A stretch of DNA of 56,213 nt from Patescibacteria group bacterium. GTDB taxonomy: Bacteria; Patescibacteriota; Patescibacteriia; Veblenbacterales; UBA10138. The notes beneath the pieces were generated by a model. It was not told the DNA's origin and made no database searches. It saw only the letters and a list, made by a program, of their open reading frames with translations. Position 1 is the stretch's first letter. Every line of letters starts with the position of its first letter. Where the stretch lies: positions 1 through 56,213 of the forward strand of contig JBDRTU010000048.1 in NCBI GenBank assembly GCA_043823825.1. The letters are read 5' to 3'. Shown in pieces: positions 37,501 to 44,520 of this stretch. Both the position numbers and the translations under genes were made by a program.

Positions 37501-37840
37501 ACCGCAAAAGTTTTATAATAGCAAGTATACTCAAGTGGATAATCTTGAGGTCGGGTTTGCCTACTTTATAAAATTTAATAATGATCAAAATGTAACTATT
37601 GCTGCTGCCGCTACAATTTCAGATTTTTCTTTACCTATGGCTGCAGGGACGAGTGGTTTTGGCTCGTTGTCTACATCAGTACCAATTAGCGCTATAACAT
37701 TTACCCCAGGTATAATTGGTAATTTGAAATACTTCGACCTCTCCACAGGGGGTTTTGTTGGTGGCGTAACCCAAATTGATCCAGGTGTTGGTTATACAGG
37801 TAATGCAAGTGAGGCAGGAACTTTGACAATAACCAAGTAA
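28541..37840 (+). CDS. 3099-aa mosaic surface protein with VirB2/TrbC-pilin-like N-terminus, SbsA-Ig, IPT/TIG, CBM-like, Big_2, pilin-like globular and InlB-B-repeat-like domains
   Basis: A single uninterrupted ORF. The N-terminal 125 aa are a signal-like segment plus two hydrophobic helices separated by a charged loop (SSRGNQEQIAKAKK). There are about 7 IPT/TIG-like units (e.g. ITDVAPMKGDYSDHISVKGTNF), a CBM_4_9-like segment (SSFENVLG...FFDDVELIL), a pilin-like segment (LTDLNTMREIFDRYAVLHNYTVPQLPAGSY...DPINKL) and ten Cys-containing repeats at the C-terminal end. Confidence 0.9.
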   Translation: MSQNKLSSKFLKLTSGSIIIVALVVVCWPVVASAQTAGGLTNFAGETSLGTQVELISTVARIINIVLGILGVIAIGIILYGGFLWLSSRGNQEQIAKAKKVLANGLIGLVIILTSFAIASFVFGKLYEATGGPNACAVPPCNPPPPNFGSDYLKTKWVQPTRENVKLCFAPQAGFNYEVKSSSPVNQDTFRVEDEAGNLFYDAAFDSYYPGAADPNDDVISFTHQDHEFAENTIYTVTLQSLTGYDPLRAKDIFSKVPLIKRWSFKTGTESDNTAPEVVLPTQPKTNETDVCRKTPIQVEFNEPMLTTSFKVNDPAATVKLEKINGWNGAVLSNITLTDPSFGHDLQIVTVAATTTLEENAFYKVTLIGGINGIKDACSIPLENDYVWEFQTGTTINCEPTITDVAPMKGDYSDHISVKGTNFFKDGEVYFNDFASGNSSFDGESNILCWNSTSRDNVTACANNEIIVRVPVGATTGPAYDQDGYTVSTGPIQVKVDRFWSNKWTGFIIGSPFIGELSPGRGGVGQYLTISGWNFGNAEGVVYFIDSNGNQVVAEQPLGCDDWWQETEIVVKVPAVLAGQFYEVQVVTALGGTNAGNKPSNTEYFNVTADPPGPGICELNPVSEDILNLPVDITVKGERFGAAPGKLTFETIEATKFNLPDYKWTAGEIMSQTPLVTGVNALGKGDWRVRVTSGGKTSNFKKFRVTDITGVTDNRPPEVVDYQLCSANTQSPSPYYNTENACTNALVSARFTEVMDETTIDLNAIELQKCNNTVNFDPLACAIVVLNNLEYLRNSINQVIGFTVKPVPALESNYWYEATIKNTVTSLVGLSMVADYTWHWRVGPGVCPVNKVILSPSSANLAAVGDTQDFNANAIATNCNILEPASLTWAWDYGNDPVSDPPPPDRIEINQAVAPNPNANKLSITALAETVNGPAFVNAETENKKSDDADVYVGGGLGGGGCAAAGPPVITDMKPVNGRAESKVTTVVTITGRNFDCSGSVYFGSVKAVQAMCGSWGPNTIVVAAPVLAAGQHNVSVETRLGLSTTATDADAIQPIFTANNIIRPGICSLMPNRGPEGTRVSIKGYNFTDTPPPTPVNFNTSAVFFPKLGTLSHVIHDYTKWSNKEIVFNVPPPRSGKAWVQVDYGAAGGGLRKSNEVDYYGNPYITDIIPSTGPAGTWVTIRGGNFGDCLNLGVAVGQLCTVAFTDSSGAETLSDPLPSACLAEDIWTDREIIVKVPDFGGTQFDSTVTVYNDDPPALSVTADKKFDYNPNLPLAPGLCSLAPDTVKPAGLLPEPALPEPITLKGDGFSAINRQINFSNKTNLIPVNWIDDAQASVTAPNDTESGDVTVQKIVTIKVEKCNGVMIGGICIGFWSEENNDVTVISNPKYFTVGTTTTTPGDLRVTDFVPLDGDTNICRNTALSAVFNKLVDKNSISSTNVRLIGSFNNLVSNSSFENVLGIEWDTPVCASRSNIRANSGSWSLNPCMIPTTQIVNGLTVGKKYQASVYWWAQGNVDFSVVDQNGEIAKVNDNGAVNEWRRLELSFVAASETVTLELIEYAGNAFFDDVELILYPEVVGSIKLVNDNTGISKLNFVPNEPLEGNTLYRFRLGNDLKGKDSSLINCTMAPGCEVSFTTGSYICQLAQVTITPPQRLFRKVSESQDFEAKALAPDGKELAANFTWQEKDTANVITVTSPLDTSIVSVEPTVTLAEPNGKNGQATMTVTANAGVAGTKSASAEVEVFICEDPFIYQDSDYNFEFKYCVAKVLGGLTLPRLSAPVVRDLVINPESNDPDLLKEILFNVEDAEDIIGLRIYTNLNRLTPADWLKNKPQGSSATISSFTIDGYEAGQGGQTVYITAPNVTAGGNIWLNEYLLSYNTNARADSQTIYNELKNSWQFNTNLASVTSKQQMRADLQRLTDLNTMREIFDRYAVLHNYTVPQLPAGSYVPGFSTSKWNSWQQTLSSTLGRNLPKDPINKLVNCEGNVGATCADNADCDSGNCKADSTCSSTGYDAQTCWNEQTKDFLCPAGSYIYRYRVMDQQTARLYFTAEFDNGGLGVTWKGSPEITVPTLPIDANDQCQAIQPQVWQEVKYKDPPLTINRTGSGLVASQDLKINCGGACNAIYNEGEEVKLTATPAAGFHFNSWSGDCILPVVGTNCTVQMAGDQEVGALFSASTYTLSITKDGEGTVLSDPAGIDCSDNCTSTSASYTGGPWVTLTATPELGYVFAGWGGSCMGTGDCAVIMGSNKTVGAKFLPVETLSVTKVGTGSVMSLPAGINCGADCDYDYVEDTSVTLTAVAGVGFQFTGWEVNGSDTVCSDIGSCIVIMDDAKAVKATFEVVIVNYKLTVVRSGTGTGLVTGGAPAGIDCGADCNEIYQEGTNISLIASAGIGSEFTGWLVNGQDAVCPGLGDCSLTMDGVKTVTASFKPKEFELEVSIIGTSGRVTSDPIGIDCDNNVGDCTKNFIYGQTITLTPIAVNPNVFVGWGGDVNCGGVGICTITMTKDLVVTAKFDQVYKLALEKAGDGSGKVTSNPLGRSGGIDCGDTCEDEFIVDDSLTLVASAYAGSEFAGWKVKVNNIVVAACGLPLLGDCDLQPNNTNPVTVEATFNHVNVSYQLKVIPAGSGKGVVTSDPSGIDCGNGQLSCIAFYKEDTVITLTAAPAGGSVFTSWSGDTTCGANNPCQLTMNGKKEVTATFTASNFSLTVVNAGGGLVTSDVPGISCQPTCNASYASGSMVTLTAQQNLGYTFDGWQGSGCFGIGLCQINIINNNKTVAALFSQNTYTLNVEKLGLGSGTIKSDDTRVDMNCNPNCGIVSLVYVGNSNVILTATALPGSNFTGWQNCTSNPAPNSCQVTMSSNKTVKATFDIAAPVTHTLTVNPPPVNGTITGAGINCPGDCTETTAAPSIALTANPAAGYKLKQWLGDAAACGANPNCTVQLTIDKTVSAEFEVAVVTHTYSMVAGWNFISLPFEVADGTWNVLFPTAIDKPQKFYNSKYTQVDNLEVGFAYFIKFNNDQNVTIAAAATISDFSLPMAAGTSGFGSLSTSVPISAITFTPGIIGNLKYFDLSTGGFVGGVTQIDPGVGYTGNASEAGTLTITK
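34826..37390 (+). repeat. ten tandem ~80-aa coding repeats (divergent InlB B-repeat-like)
   Basis: The recurring unit is Y(T/K)L.V...G.G.V(T/S)S.P.GIDCG..C...Y..G..VTLTA.P..G..F.GW.G.C.G...C.V.M...K.V.A.F. Confidence 0.75.
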
Positions 37841-37882
37841 TTGGTTATTTTTCCATAAATCTTTTATAATTTATTTATAATG

Positions 37883-38017
37883 CTTAGGACTCACGCGTTT
37901 GGCTCCCTTTTATGTCATTGCGAGGGCCCTCGCCTTGGCGGGGAAATAAAGCAATCTTAGTCAAGCACTCATTGATTGATATCGGGGTGGCAATGACGAC
38001 AAACGCATAAGTCCTAA
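37883..38017. repeat. 135-bp inverted-repeat element (18-bp outer and 8-bp inner arms)
   Basis: Outer arms 37884-37901/38000-38017 pair at 16/18 positions. The two mismatches become G-U pairs on the minus strand. Inner arms are GTCATTGC (37914-37921) and GCAATGAC (37990-37997). The core is GC-rich and includes the palindrome CGAGGGCCCTCG. Confidence 0.6.
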
Positions 38018-38035
38018 TATTTAGCAATAATTATT

Positions 38036-38740
38036 ATGTTTGATGAAATAACCAAAGAATCAGCAAAGCGTGGCGTGGAAGATATTTTTTCAGAAACCGA
38101 GCCTAGCCCCACTATTCCAACTGGAACGGCTAATCAGCCCCCAATGGTTCCACCAACACCCACAACCCCTCCGCCACCGGTGTCACTAACAGGTCAGTCT
38201 TTTTCTACCAAGCCTGAGATGGGAATTATGCCACCAGTATCAGATGATGGTAGTAAGAAAAAGTGGCTAATTATTGGTTTGGTAATTATAGGTTTAACCG
38301 CTATTGCCTTAATAGGTTATTGGTTATTAACACGGACTGTCACAGATTCGTCTCCGACTACTAACAATATTATTAATACTCCAGTCAATGAGCCTGTTGT
38401 ACAACCACCTCCACCTCCTCCACCGCCGCCAGTGGTAAATCCTGAATTAGAAGATAATGATGGCGATCGCTTAAATACCAGTGAAGAGCTTAATTTTGGC
38501 ACTGACCCGAATAATCCCGACAGTGATAGCGATGGTTTATTTGACGGGGAGGAAGTGATGATATACAAAACCAATCCTTTAAATTCAGATACTGACGCTG
38601 ATGGTTTTATGGATGGTGAAGAAGTAAGTAATGGTTATGATCCTAATGGATCCGGTCGTTTACTGGAATTACCTAATGGCGAGCTAAATTTTCAAGAGGT
38701 TGATTCCTTGTTAAAGCAAATAGATCAGGGCACTACCTAA
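38036..38740 (+). CDS. membrane-anchored Pro-rich protein with thrombospondin-type-3 Ca-binding repeats
   Basis: 234 aa. TM helix WLIIGLVIIGLTAIALIGYWLL, a P9 tract, and DNDGD, DSDSDGLFDGEE and DTDADGFMDGEE repeats. Confidence 0.75.
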   Translation: MFDEITKESAKRGVEDIFSETEPSPTIPTGTANQPPMVPPTPTTPPPPVSLTGQSFSTKPEMGIMPPVSDDGSKKKWLIIGLVIIGLTAIALIGYWLLTRTVTDSSPTTNNIINTPVNEPVVQPPPPPPPPPVVNPELEDNDGDRLNTSEELNFGTDPNNPDSDSDGLFDGEEVMIYKTNPLNSDTDADGFMDGEEVSNGYDPNGSGRLLELPNGELNFQEVDSLLKQIDQGTT

Positions 38741-38761
38741 TATTTTAAAAGGAGGTTTTTT

Positions 38762-40057
38762 ATGCTTGGTTTAACCAAAAGAACAGCAAACATTGAGCGA
38801 TTGTCGCCAACTGCACCTTTAGGCAACAAACCACTGGGTGAAATTTATACAATGCCAACTTCTGCCGGGTCTACTCCTTCTTCTGCTCCCACCCCCCAAG
38901 CGCCTAGTCACCGCAAATTAACCTGGTTATGGTGGGTTATTGGAGTAATAATTTTAGGAGTTGGTGGTGTAATTATTTATTTTAACTTTGGTACCACTAC
39001 TCCGAGTACCAACACTAATCTGCCAGTAGTTAACAATAATACTAATCAACCAGTAGTGGACCAACCACCGCCACCGCCAGAAGAACCATTAGTAGAATTT
39101 ACCCCTTTAGAGCGCGATCGTTTGCGTTATCTTGATATAAAAACTTTACAAGCAGCTTTAGAACTTTATTATACCGATCGTGGTTTGTATCCTATTTCGG
39201 TCAGCGGGGTAGAGCTTGGTAAAAATGGCGCTAAAACTTTATCAGCCGCTGGTTTTAGTGATTATCCTCAAAACCCTATTTATTTAGCAGAGGTGCCCAC
39301 AGACCCGCAAGCCGAGGTTACCGGTGCTAGTTACAGTTATACCAGCCCCGTCGGTTCCTCTTACAATATTACCTTTAGCTTAGAGCAGGGGGTAGCGAAT
39401 TTAATCGTTGGTTTTCATTACTTAACGCCCAAGGGGTTTGATGGTGCAGACGACTCTAATAAAGAGCCTGATCCAGATCAGCCGTCGCTCACTCCACCGG
39501 TTAGCAGCCCAGACACTGATAGTGATGGATTAACTGATGTTGAAGAATTGCTTTACGGTTCACTAGTGGATAATCAAGATAGTGATAACGATGGTTATTT
39601 GGATGGCAGTGAAGTAATACAAGGATATGATCCCATAATAGGTGAAGGGGCCTTATTGGCAGCCTCTTCCTATTTTTTCCAGTACCAAAATCCGCAATAT
39701 AATTACTCTTTACTTTACCCTGCCGAGTGGCAAATACAAAGTTTAGATGAGTTATCTCGCGAGGTTATTTTTACTTCGGCCACTGATGAATTTATTCAAG
39801 TTATCGTGCAAGATAATCCCGAGTTGAAGTCGGGGGCAGAATGGTATATTAGTTATGTGCCTTCGTTGAGTTTATCCGAAGTGCCAACTGTTACAATTGG
39901 GGAATTTGTAGCAGCTCGCAGTTTAGACGGTTTAAATCTTTATTTGGCAGTAGGCCCCCAGTTAATTACCCTTAGTTATAATATTGGCACGCATGAAACA
40001 GCAGATTACTTGACTACTTGGCAAATGATGTACCAGTCGTTTGCAATAGCTGAGTAA
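38762..40057 (+). CDS. membrane-anchored pilin-like / TSP3-repeat surface protein
   Basis: 431 aa. AAGGAGG RBS. TM anchor. Pilin-like segment RDRLRYLDIKTLQAALELYYTDRGLYP. DTDSDGLTD and DSDNDGYLDG repeats. Confidence 0.75.
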   Translation: MLGLTKRTANIERLSPTAPLGNKPLGEIYTMPTSAGSTPSSAPTPQAPSHRKLTWLWWVIGVIILGVGGVIIYFNFGTTTPSTNTNLPVVNNNTNQPVVDQPPPPPEEPLVEFTPLERDRLRYLDIKTLQAALELYYTDRGLYPISVSGVELGKNGAKTLSAAGFSDYPQNPIYLAEVPTDPQAEVTGASYSYTSPVGSSYNITFSLEQGVANLIVGFHYLTPKGFDGADDSNKEPDPDQPSLTPPVSSPDTDSDGLTDVEELLYGSLVDNQDSDNDGYLDGSEVIQGYDPIIGEGALLAASSYFFQYQNPQYNYSLLYPAEWQIQSLDELSREVIFTSATDEFIQVIVQDNPELKSGAEWYISYVPSLSLSEVPTVTIGEFVAARSLDGLNLYLAVGPQLITLSYNIGTHETADYLTTWQMMYQSFAIAE

Positions 40058-40086
40058 CAAGGTCATTAAGCAAGGATCAGGGTGTA

Positions 40087-40551
40087 ATGCCAGTAAGACG
40101 TCAATCAGGCCGGTGGCAGCTAAAAAAAATAGCTCGGTCAAACATTGCTATTTTGAATATTTCCAATTTATCACTACCCAATCGCTGGACTAGTCAGTGT
40201 TTACAATTGATTAAACGCGCTCTCAAACAACACAACCTAACCCAGTATGAGATATCAGTGGCACTGGTTAAGCCTGCTACTATTCGTGAGTTGAATCAAA
40301 GTTATCGTCGAAACCATCAAGTAACTGATGTTTTGTCATTCATTTATGATAAAACAGCAAAACAAATAAACGGTGAAATAGTTATTTGCTTATCGCAAGC
40401 CCTCAAGCAAGCAAAAAGAAAAAAACATAATTTAGCTCGTGAGCTTAACATTCTAGTTGTTCATGGTACATTACATTTATTGGGTTATGATCACAAAACT
40501 GTTAAGGAACGTCGTCTAATGAGGCAGCAGGAAACCGAGCGCATACCCTAA
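40087..40551 (+). CDS. ybeY: rRNA maturation endoribonuclease YbeY
   Basis: 154 aa. HGTLHLLGYDH metal-binding motif. Confidence 0.88.
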   Translation: MPVRRQSGRWQLKKIARSNIAILNISNLSLPNRWTSQCLQLIKRALKQHNLTQYEISVALVKPATIRELNQSYRRNHQVTDVLSFIYDKTAKQINGEIVICLSQALKQAKRKKHNLARELNILVVHGTLHLLGYDHKTVKERRLMRQQETERIP

Positions 40552-40564
40552 GTAAAATATTTTT

Positions 40565-40912
40565 ATGAGTCATTTAGTAAAAAATTTCAAATTCGCTTGG
40601 CACGGTTTAGTTTATATTTTTAAAAGAGAGAAGAATTTTAAAATAGAATTGATTCTTTTTGTCTTAGCGGTATTGGTTGCTTGGTGGTTGGAATTTTCTA
40701 TTATGGCATGGGCCTTATTAATTCTTTTGGCCGTATTAGTAATTATTTTAGAGATTAATAACACGATTATCGAAAGAATTTTAGATATGGTAGAACCTCG
40801 GTTATCTGGTCAAGTGGGGTTAATAAAAGATATTCAGGCGGCCATTGTCTTAATGATGGCCGCCGCCGCTTTTTTAGTGGGGCTACTTTTGATTATTGAA
40901 CACCTGCCTTGA
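40565..40912 (+). CDS. dgkA: diacylglycerol/undecaprenol kinase
   Basis: 115 aa with 3 TM helices. EINNTIIERILD motif. TGA stop. Confidence 0.8.
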   Translation: MSHLVKNFKFAWHGLVYIFKREKNFKIELILFVLAVLVAWWLEFSIMAWALLILLAVLVIILEINNTIIERILDMVEPRLSGQVGLIKDIQAAIVLMMAAAAFLVGLLLIIEHLP

Positions 40913-40938
40913 ACAATTAAATTATTCACTGAGCTGGC

Positions 40939-40967
40939 TTTACCTTTCCTAAGCAAGGGTTTATAAT
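40939..40967 (+). promoter_or_regulatory. sigma70-like promoter TTTACC-17-TATAAT upstream of ftsA
   Basis: Hexamers read directly from the sequence. Confidence 0.4.
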
Positions 40968-41059
40968 TAAAGTAATATTATCTTACATTTTTACCATCCT
41001 TTTCTTAAATCTTCAGTCTTAAACTTATTATTAAAGGATAGAATAGCAAGTTTTTAATC

Positions 41060-42298
41060 ATGCCTGCCAAAGATCTTATCACTGGTTTAGATATAGGTTC
41101 TACTGCTATTAGAGCTGTAGTGGCTCAACCGAACGATGGTGCAGAGCTCCATATTTTAGGATTGGCAGAAGTACCATCGCAAGGAATACATAAAGGGGTG
41201 GTTACCAGTATTGAAGATGCGGTCTCAGCGATTTCTTCAGTTTGGGAAAAGGTAGAACGTATGACCGGTACACCCATTGAACACGCTTGGGTGAGCATTA
41301 ATGGCAGCCATATTCTAGCGCAATCCAGTCATGGCGTGATTGCTGTTTCTAAAGCTGACGGAGAAATTAAAGAAGAAGATGTTGATCGGGTGGTAGAAGC
41401 GGCTCAAGCGGTCGCCACGCCGCCTAATTATGAAATCCTTCATGTCTTACCTAGGAGTTTTGTTGTGGATAATCAAGCTGGCATTAAAGACCCGGTTGGC
41501 ATGACTGGTGTGAGACTAGAAGTAGAAGCGCAGATTATTGAAGGACAGTCAGCTCAAATTAAGAATTTAACGAAATGTGTTTATCGAACTGGAGTGGATA
41601 TTGATGATTTAGTCTTAGCCATTTTAGCTAATGCCGAAGCAGTGTTGACCAAGCGACAGAAAGAACTAGGTGTGGTCTTGGTAAATATTGGTGGTTCTAC
41701 TACCAGCATATTGGTTTTTGAAGAAGGCGATCCTTTACACACTGCCATTTTACCAGTTGGTTCTGGCCATATTACCAATGACATAGCGATTGGCCTTAGA
41801 ACCTCCATTGATTTAGCTGAACGCCTAAAGCTGGAATATGGCCAAGCGCAGGCATCTGAAGTAGGTAAGCGTGAGGAAATTGATTTATCAGAAATTTCTG
41901 CTGAAGAAGGCATTATTAATCGTCGGCACTTAGCAGACATTATTGAGGCGCGTTTAGTGGAAATTTTTAGTTTGGTTGAGAAAGAATTAGAGCGCATTGA
42001 TCGTTCAGGAATGTTGCCAGCAGGAGTTGTGTTTACAGGTGGTGGCGCTAAATTACCAGGCGTGGTGGAGGTGGCCAAAAGAGAATTTCGTCTCCCCGCA
42101 TCATTAGGTTATCCTGTTGACATCGCTAGTCCCCTAGAGCGGGTAAATGATTTAGCTTTTACCACCGCCGTTGGTTTAGCACGCTGGGGTTCTGAAACGT
42201 CAAGCGGGCGCTCCGGTGGTCTGCGCTTAGGTCGTTTTTCCTCTATTCAGGATGTTACGGAACGAATGAAGCAGTGGTTTAAATCTTTAGTCCCTTAA
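41060..42298 (+). CDS. ftsA: cell division protein FtsA
   Basis: 412 aa. Actin-fold GLDIGSTAIRAVVA and GGGAKLPG. Confidence 0.92.
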   Translation: MPAKDLITGLDIGSTAIRAVVAQPNDGAELHILGLAEVPSQGIHKGVVTSIEDAVSAISSVWEKVERMTGTPIEHAWVSINGSHILAQSSHGVIAVSKADGEIKEEDVDRVVEAAQAVATPPNYEILHVLPRSFVVDNQAGIKDPVGMTGVRLEVEAQIIEGQSAQIKNLTKCVYRTGVDIDDLVLAILANAEAVLTKRQKELGVVLVNIGGSTTSILVFEEGDPLHTAILPVGSGHITNDIAIGLRTSIDLAERLKLEYGQAQASEVGKREEIDLSEISAEEGIINRRHLADIIEARLVEIFSLVEKELERIDRSGMLPAGVVFTGGGAKLPGVVEVAKREFRLPASLGYPVDIASPLERVNDLAFTTAVGLARWGSETSSGRSGGLRLGRFSSIQDVTERMKQWFKSLVP

Positions 42299-42320
42299 TT
42301 ATTTAGCAACCCCTAAATTT

Positions 42321-43532
42321 ATGGAAGTAAAACCAGCTATCGAAACCTTTGCTAAAATTAAAGTCGTTGGTGTTGGTGGTTCGGGTAGCGCTGCCATCAA
42401 TCGCATGATTTCTGCTCGCACTCGTGGTGTTGAATTTATTGCGATTAATACCGATGCCCAAGCCTTACATCAGTCACGTGCTCCGGTGAAAGTTCATATT
42501 GGCAAAGAAACTACTCGTGGTTTGGGGGCTGGGATGGATCCGGAGTTAGGCGGACAAGCGGCAGACGAAAGTAAAGATGAAATTAAAGACACAGTGAAAA
42601 ATGCCGATATGGTTTTTTTAACCTGTGGTTTAGGTGGTGGCACTGGTTCGGGAGCGAGCCCATTAGTGGCAGAGCTCGCGCAAGCGGCTGGCGCCTTGAC
42701 AGTGGCAGTAGTGACCAAGCCTTTTAGTTTTGAGGGGGCCCAGCGTCGTTCTATTGCTGAACGGGGTTTAGAACAGCTAGCTGATAAGGTTGATACTATC
42801 ATCACTATTCCCAACGACCGAATCTTGCAGTTGATTGATAAAAAAACCACCTTGCTTGAATCATTTGCTTTTGTGGATGAAGTGCTCCGTCAAGGCGTAC
42901 AGGGGATTTCCGATATCATTACTATTCCTGGATTGATCAACGTTGACTTTGCTGATGTCAAGGCCATTATGGCTGGCGCTGGTTCGGCCTTAATGGGTAT
43001 TGGTATTGCTAAAGGAGAAAATAAAGCAGTGGACGCTGCTAAGGCAGCGATTGATTCACCACTATTAGAAATGTCAATTGAAGGTGCCAAAGGAATACTT
43101 TTTACCATCACCGGCGGCCCTGATCTTTCAATGTATGATGTAAATGAAGCGGCACGGGTCATTACAGCTTCGGCCGACCCCAATGCCAAAATAATTTTTG
43201 GCGCGGTAATTGACGAGAATCTTAAAGATGAATTGTTTATCACAGTGATTGCCACCGGCTTTAGCCAACTCGCGAAAAAGAATATTAATCATTCGGCCAC
43301 TGCCCCCAGTTATTCACCGCTCTCCTTTTTTAAATCAGAGCGTTTAGCTGACGAAACTGGTAAAAAGGGAGCTAAGGGTTTTAAGAAAGACGAAGCAGCA
43401 AAGCGTGAACGCTCTGCGCCGGCTAAAGCCCCTGTTTATGAAGAACAACTCAAGATTGATCAGGATGAGACAGCTAAGTCGTTGGATGAAGACTACGAAA
43501 TCCCGGCTTTTATAAGGAAGAAGTTAAAGTAA
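42321..43532 (+). CDS. ftsZ: cell division protein FtsZ
   Basis: 403 aa. GVGGSGSAAINRM, tubulin signature GGGTGSGASP and the C-terminal peptide DYEIPAFIRKK. Confidence 0.95.
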   Translation: MEVKPAIETFAKIKVVGVGGSGSAAINRMISARTRGVEFIAINTDAQALHQSRAPVKVHIGKETTRGLGAGMDPELGGQAADESKDEIKDTVKNADMVFLTCGLGGGTGSGASPLVAELAQAAGALTVAVVTKPFSFEGAQRRSIAERGLEQLADKVDTIITIPNDRILQLIDKKTTLLESFAFVDEVLRQGVQGISDIITIPGLINVDFADVKAIMAGAGSALMGIGIAKGENKAVDAAKAAIDSPLLEMSIEGAKGILFTITGGPDLSMYDVNEAARVITASADPNAKIIFGAVIDENLKDELFITVIATGFSQLAKKNINHSATAPSYSPLSFFKSERLADETGKKGAKGFKKDEAAKRERSAPAKAPVYEEQLKIDQDETAKSLDEDYEIPAFIRKKLK

Positions 43533-43542
43533 TTTTTAATTA

Positions 43543-44313
43543 ATGACCAAGTGCAATATAAAAAACCGCAAGGGTCAAAAGGTTGTAGTAGTAGTTGAAG
43601 AGCCTACTGACCCAAAGGGGCTAGCTTTTGTAATGCATGGTTTAGGTGGTTTCAAGGAACAACCACATGTGCAGACTTTTGCTGCGGCTTTTTTACAAAA
43701 CGATTATACTGCCGTCAGGTTTGATACTACTAATAGTTTAGGAGAGAGCGATGGTAAGTATGAGGATGCGACCACCACTAATTATTATGAAGACTTAGAA
43801 GACGTTATTACCTGGGCAAAAACTCAATCTTGGTATAAGGAACCGTTTGTCCTATGTGGACATAGTTTAGGTGGTATTAGTACGGCATGGTACGCAGAAA
43901 AGTTTCCTGACAAAGTTAAAGCACTAGCTCCTATTTCTACAGTTGTATCTGGTAAAATATCATTAGAAAGTTCCAAGAACAAAGAATGGCGTAAGTGGAA
44001 AGAGACTGGTTGGTATATTAGTCGCAGCTCTACTCCACCATATGTTGAAAAACGACTTAAATGGTTTCATATAGAGGATAGGTTAAAGTACAACCTTATG
44101 CCAAAGGTAGAAAAGCTTACTATGCCGGTATTAATGATTGTCGGTGAGAATGATGATTCTACTCCACCTGAGCACCAAAAGGTTTTTTATGATAGTCTAC
44201 CTGGAAGAAAAGAAATGCATATTATTAAAAATGCCCCCCACACTTTCAAAGAGCAACCACATCTGGAAGAAATAAAGGCTTTATTTAATCAGTGGATTAA
44301 AAAATTAACTTAA
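43543..44313 (+). CDS. alpha/beta-fold hydrolase
   Basis: 256 aa. Nucleophile elbow GHSLGG. Confidence 0.75.
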   Translation: MTKCNIKNRKGQKVVVVVEEPTDPKGLAFVMHGLGGFKEQPHVQTFAAAFLQNDYTAVRFDTTNSLGESDGKYEDATTTNYYEDLEDVITWAKTQSWYKEPFVLCGHSLGGISTAWYAEKFPDKVKALAPISTVVSGKISLESSKNKEWRKWKETGWYISRSSTPPYVEKRLKWFHIEDRLKYNLMPKVEKLTMPVLMIVGENDDSTPPEHQKVFYDSLPGRKEMHIIKNAPHTFKEQPHLEEIKALFNQWIKKLT

Positions 44314-44343
44314 GGCATTTTAGACTCTTTGCTGGGTTTTGGA

Positions 44344-44372
44344 TTGACCAAAGCCTGTTTTTTTGCTAAAAT
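44344..44372 (+). promoter_or_regulatory. orphan near-consensus promoter TTGACC-17-TAAAAT
   Basis: Read directly from the sequence. There is no annotated ORF downstream before the terminator at 44493. Confidence 0.5.
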
Positions 44373-44492
44373 GTATATATTGAGCAATATTAAAATAAAA
44401 ATAAATGCCTGATTCCCCCCCTTGTTTTATAAGGTTTAGTAATATTTACTTCCTCTTACCCAGTATCAGCCTAAAAAGAGGTGATTTTAGAG

Positions 44493-44520
44493 CCTTTGAT
44501 TTTTAATCAAGGGTTTTTTT
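44493..44520 (+). terminator. intrinsic terminator (9-bp stem, UUU loop, seven T)
   Basis: CCUUUGAUU-UUU-AAUCAAGGG followed by TTTTTTT. Confidence 0.65.

Noticed and set aside
40910-40912. Alternative genetic code (UGA recoded, as in some CPR lineages)
   Set aside because: TGA terminates dgkA and the IS transposase at positions matching family lengths. All long ORFs are intact under the standard code, so there is no sign of in-frame TGA read-through.
41581-43255. Long antisense ORFs inside ftsA/ftsZ (41581..42078, 42494..42850, 42890..43255), and the many 60-140-aa minus-strand ORFs inside the two giant genes, topA, mfd, der and nrdJ
   Set aside because: These are shadow ORFs on the opposite strand of well-supported genes. 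They have low-complexity Ser/Pro/Thr-rich translations and no RBS.
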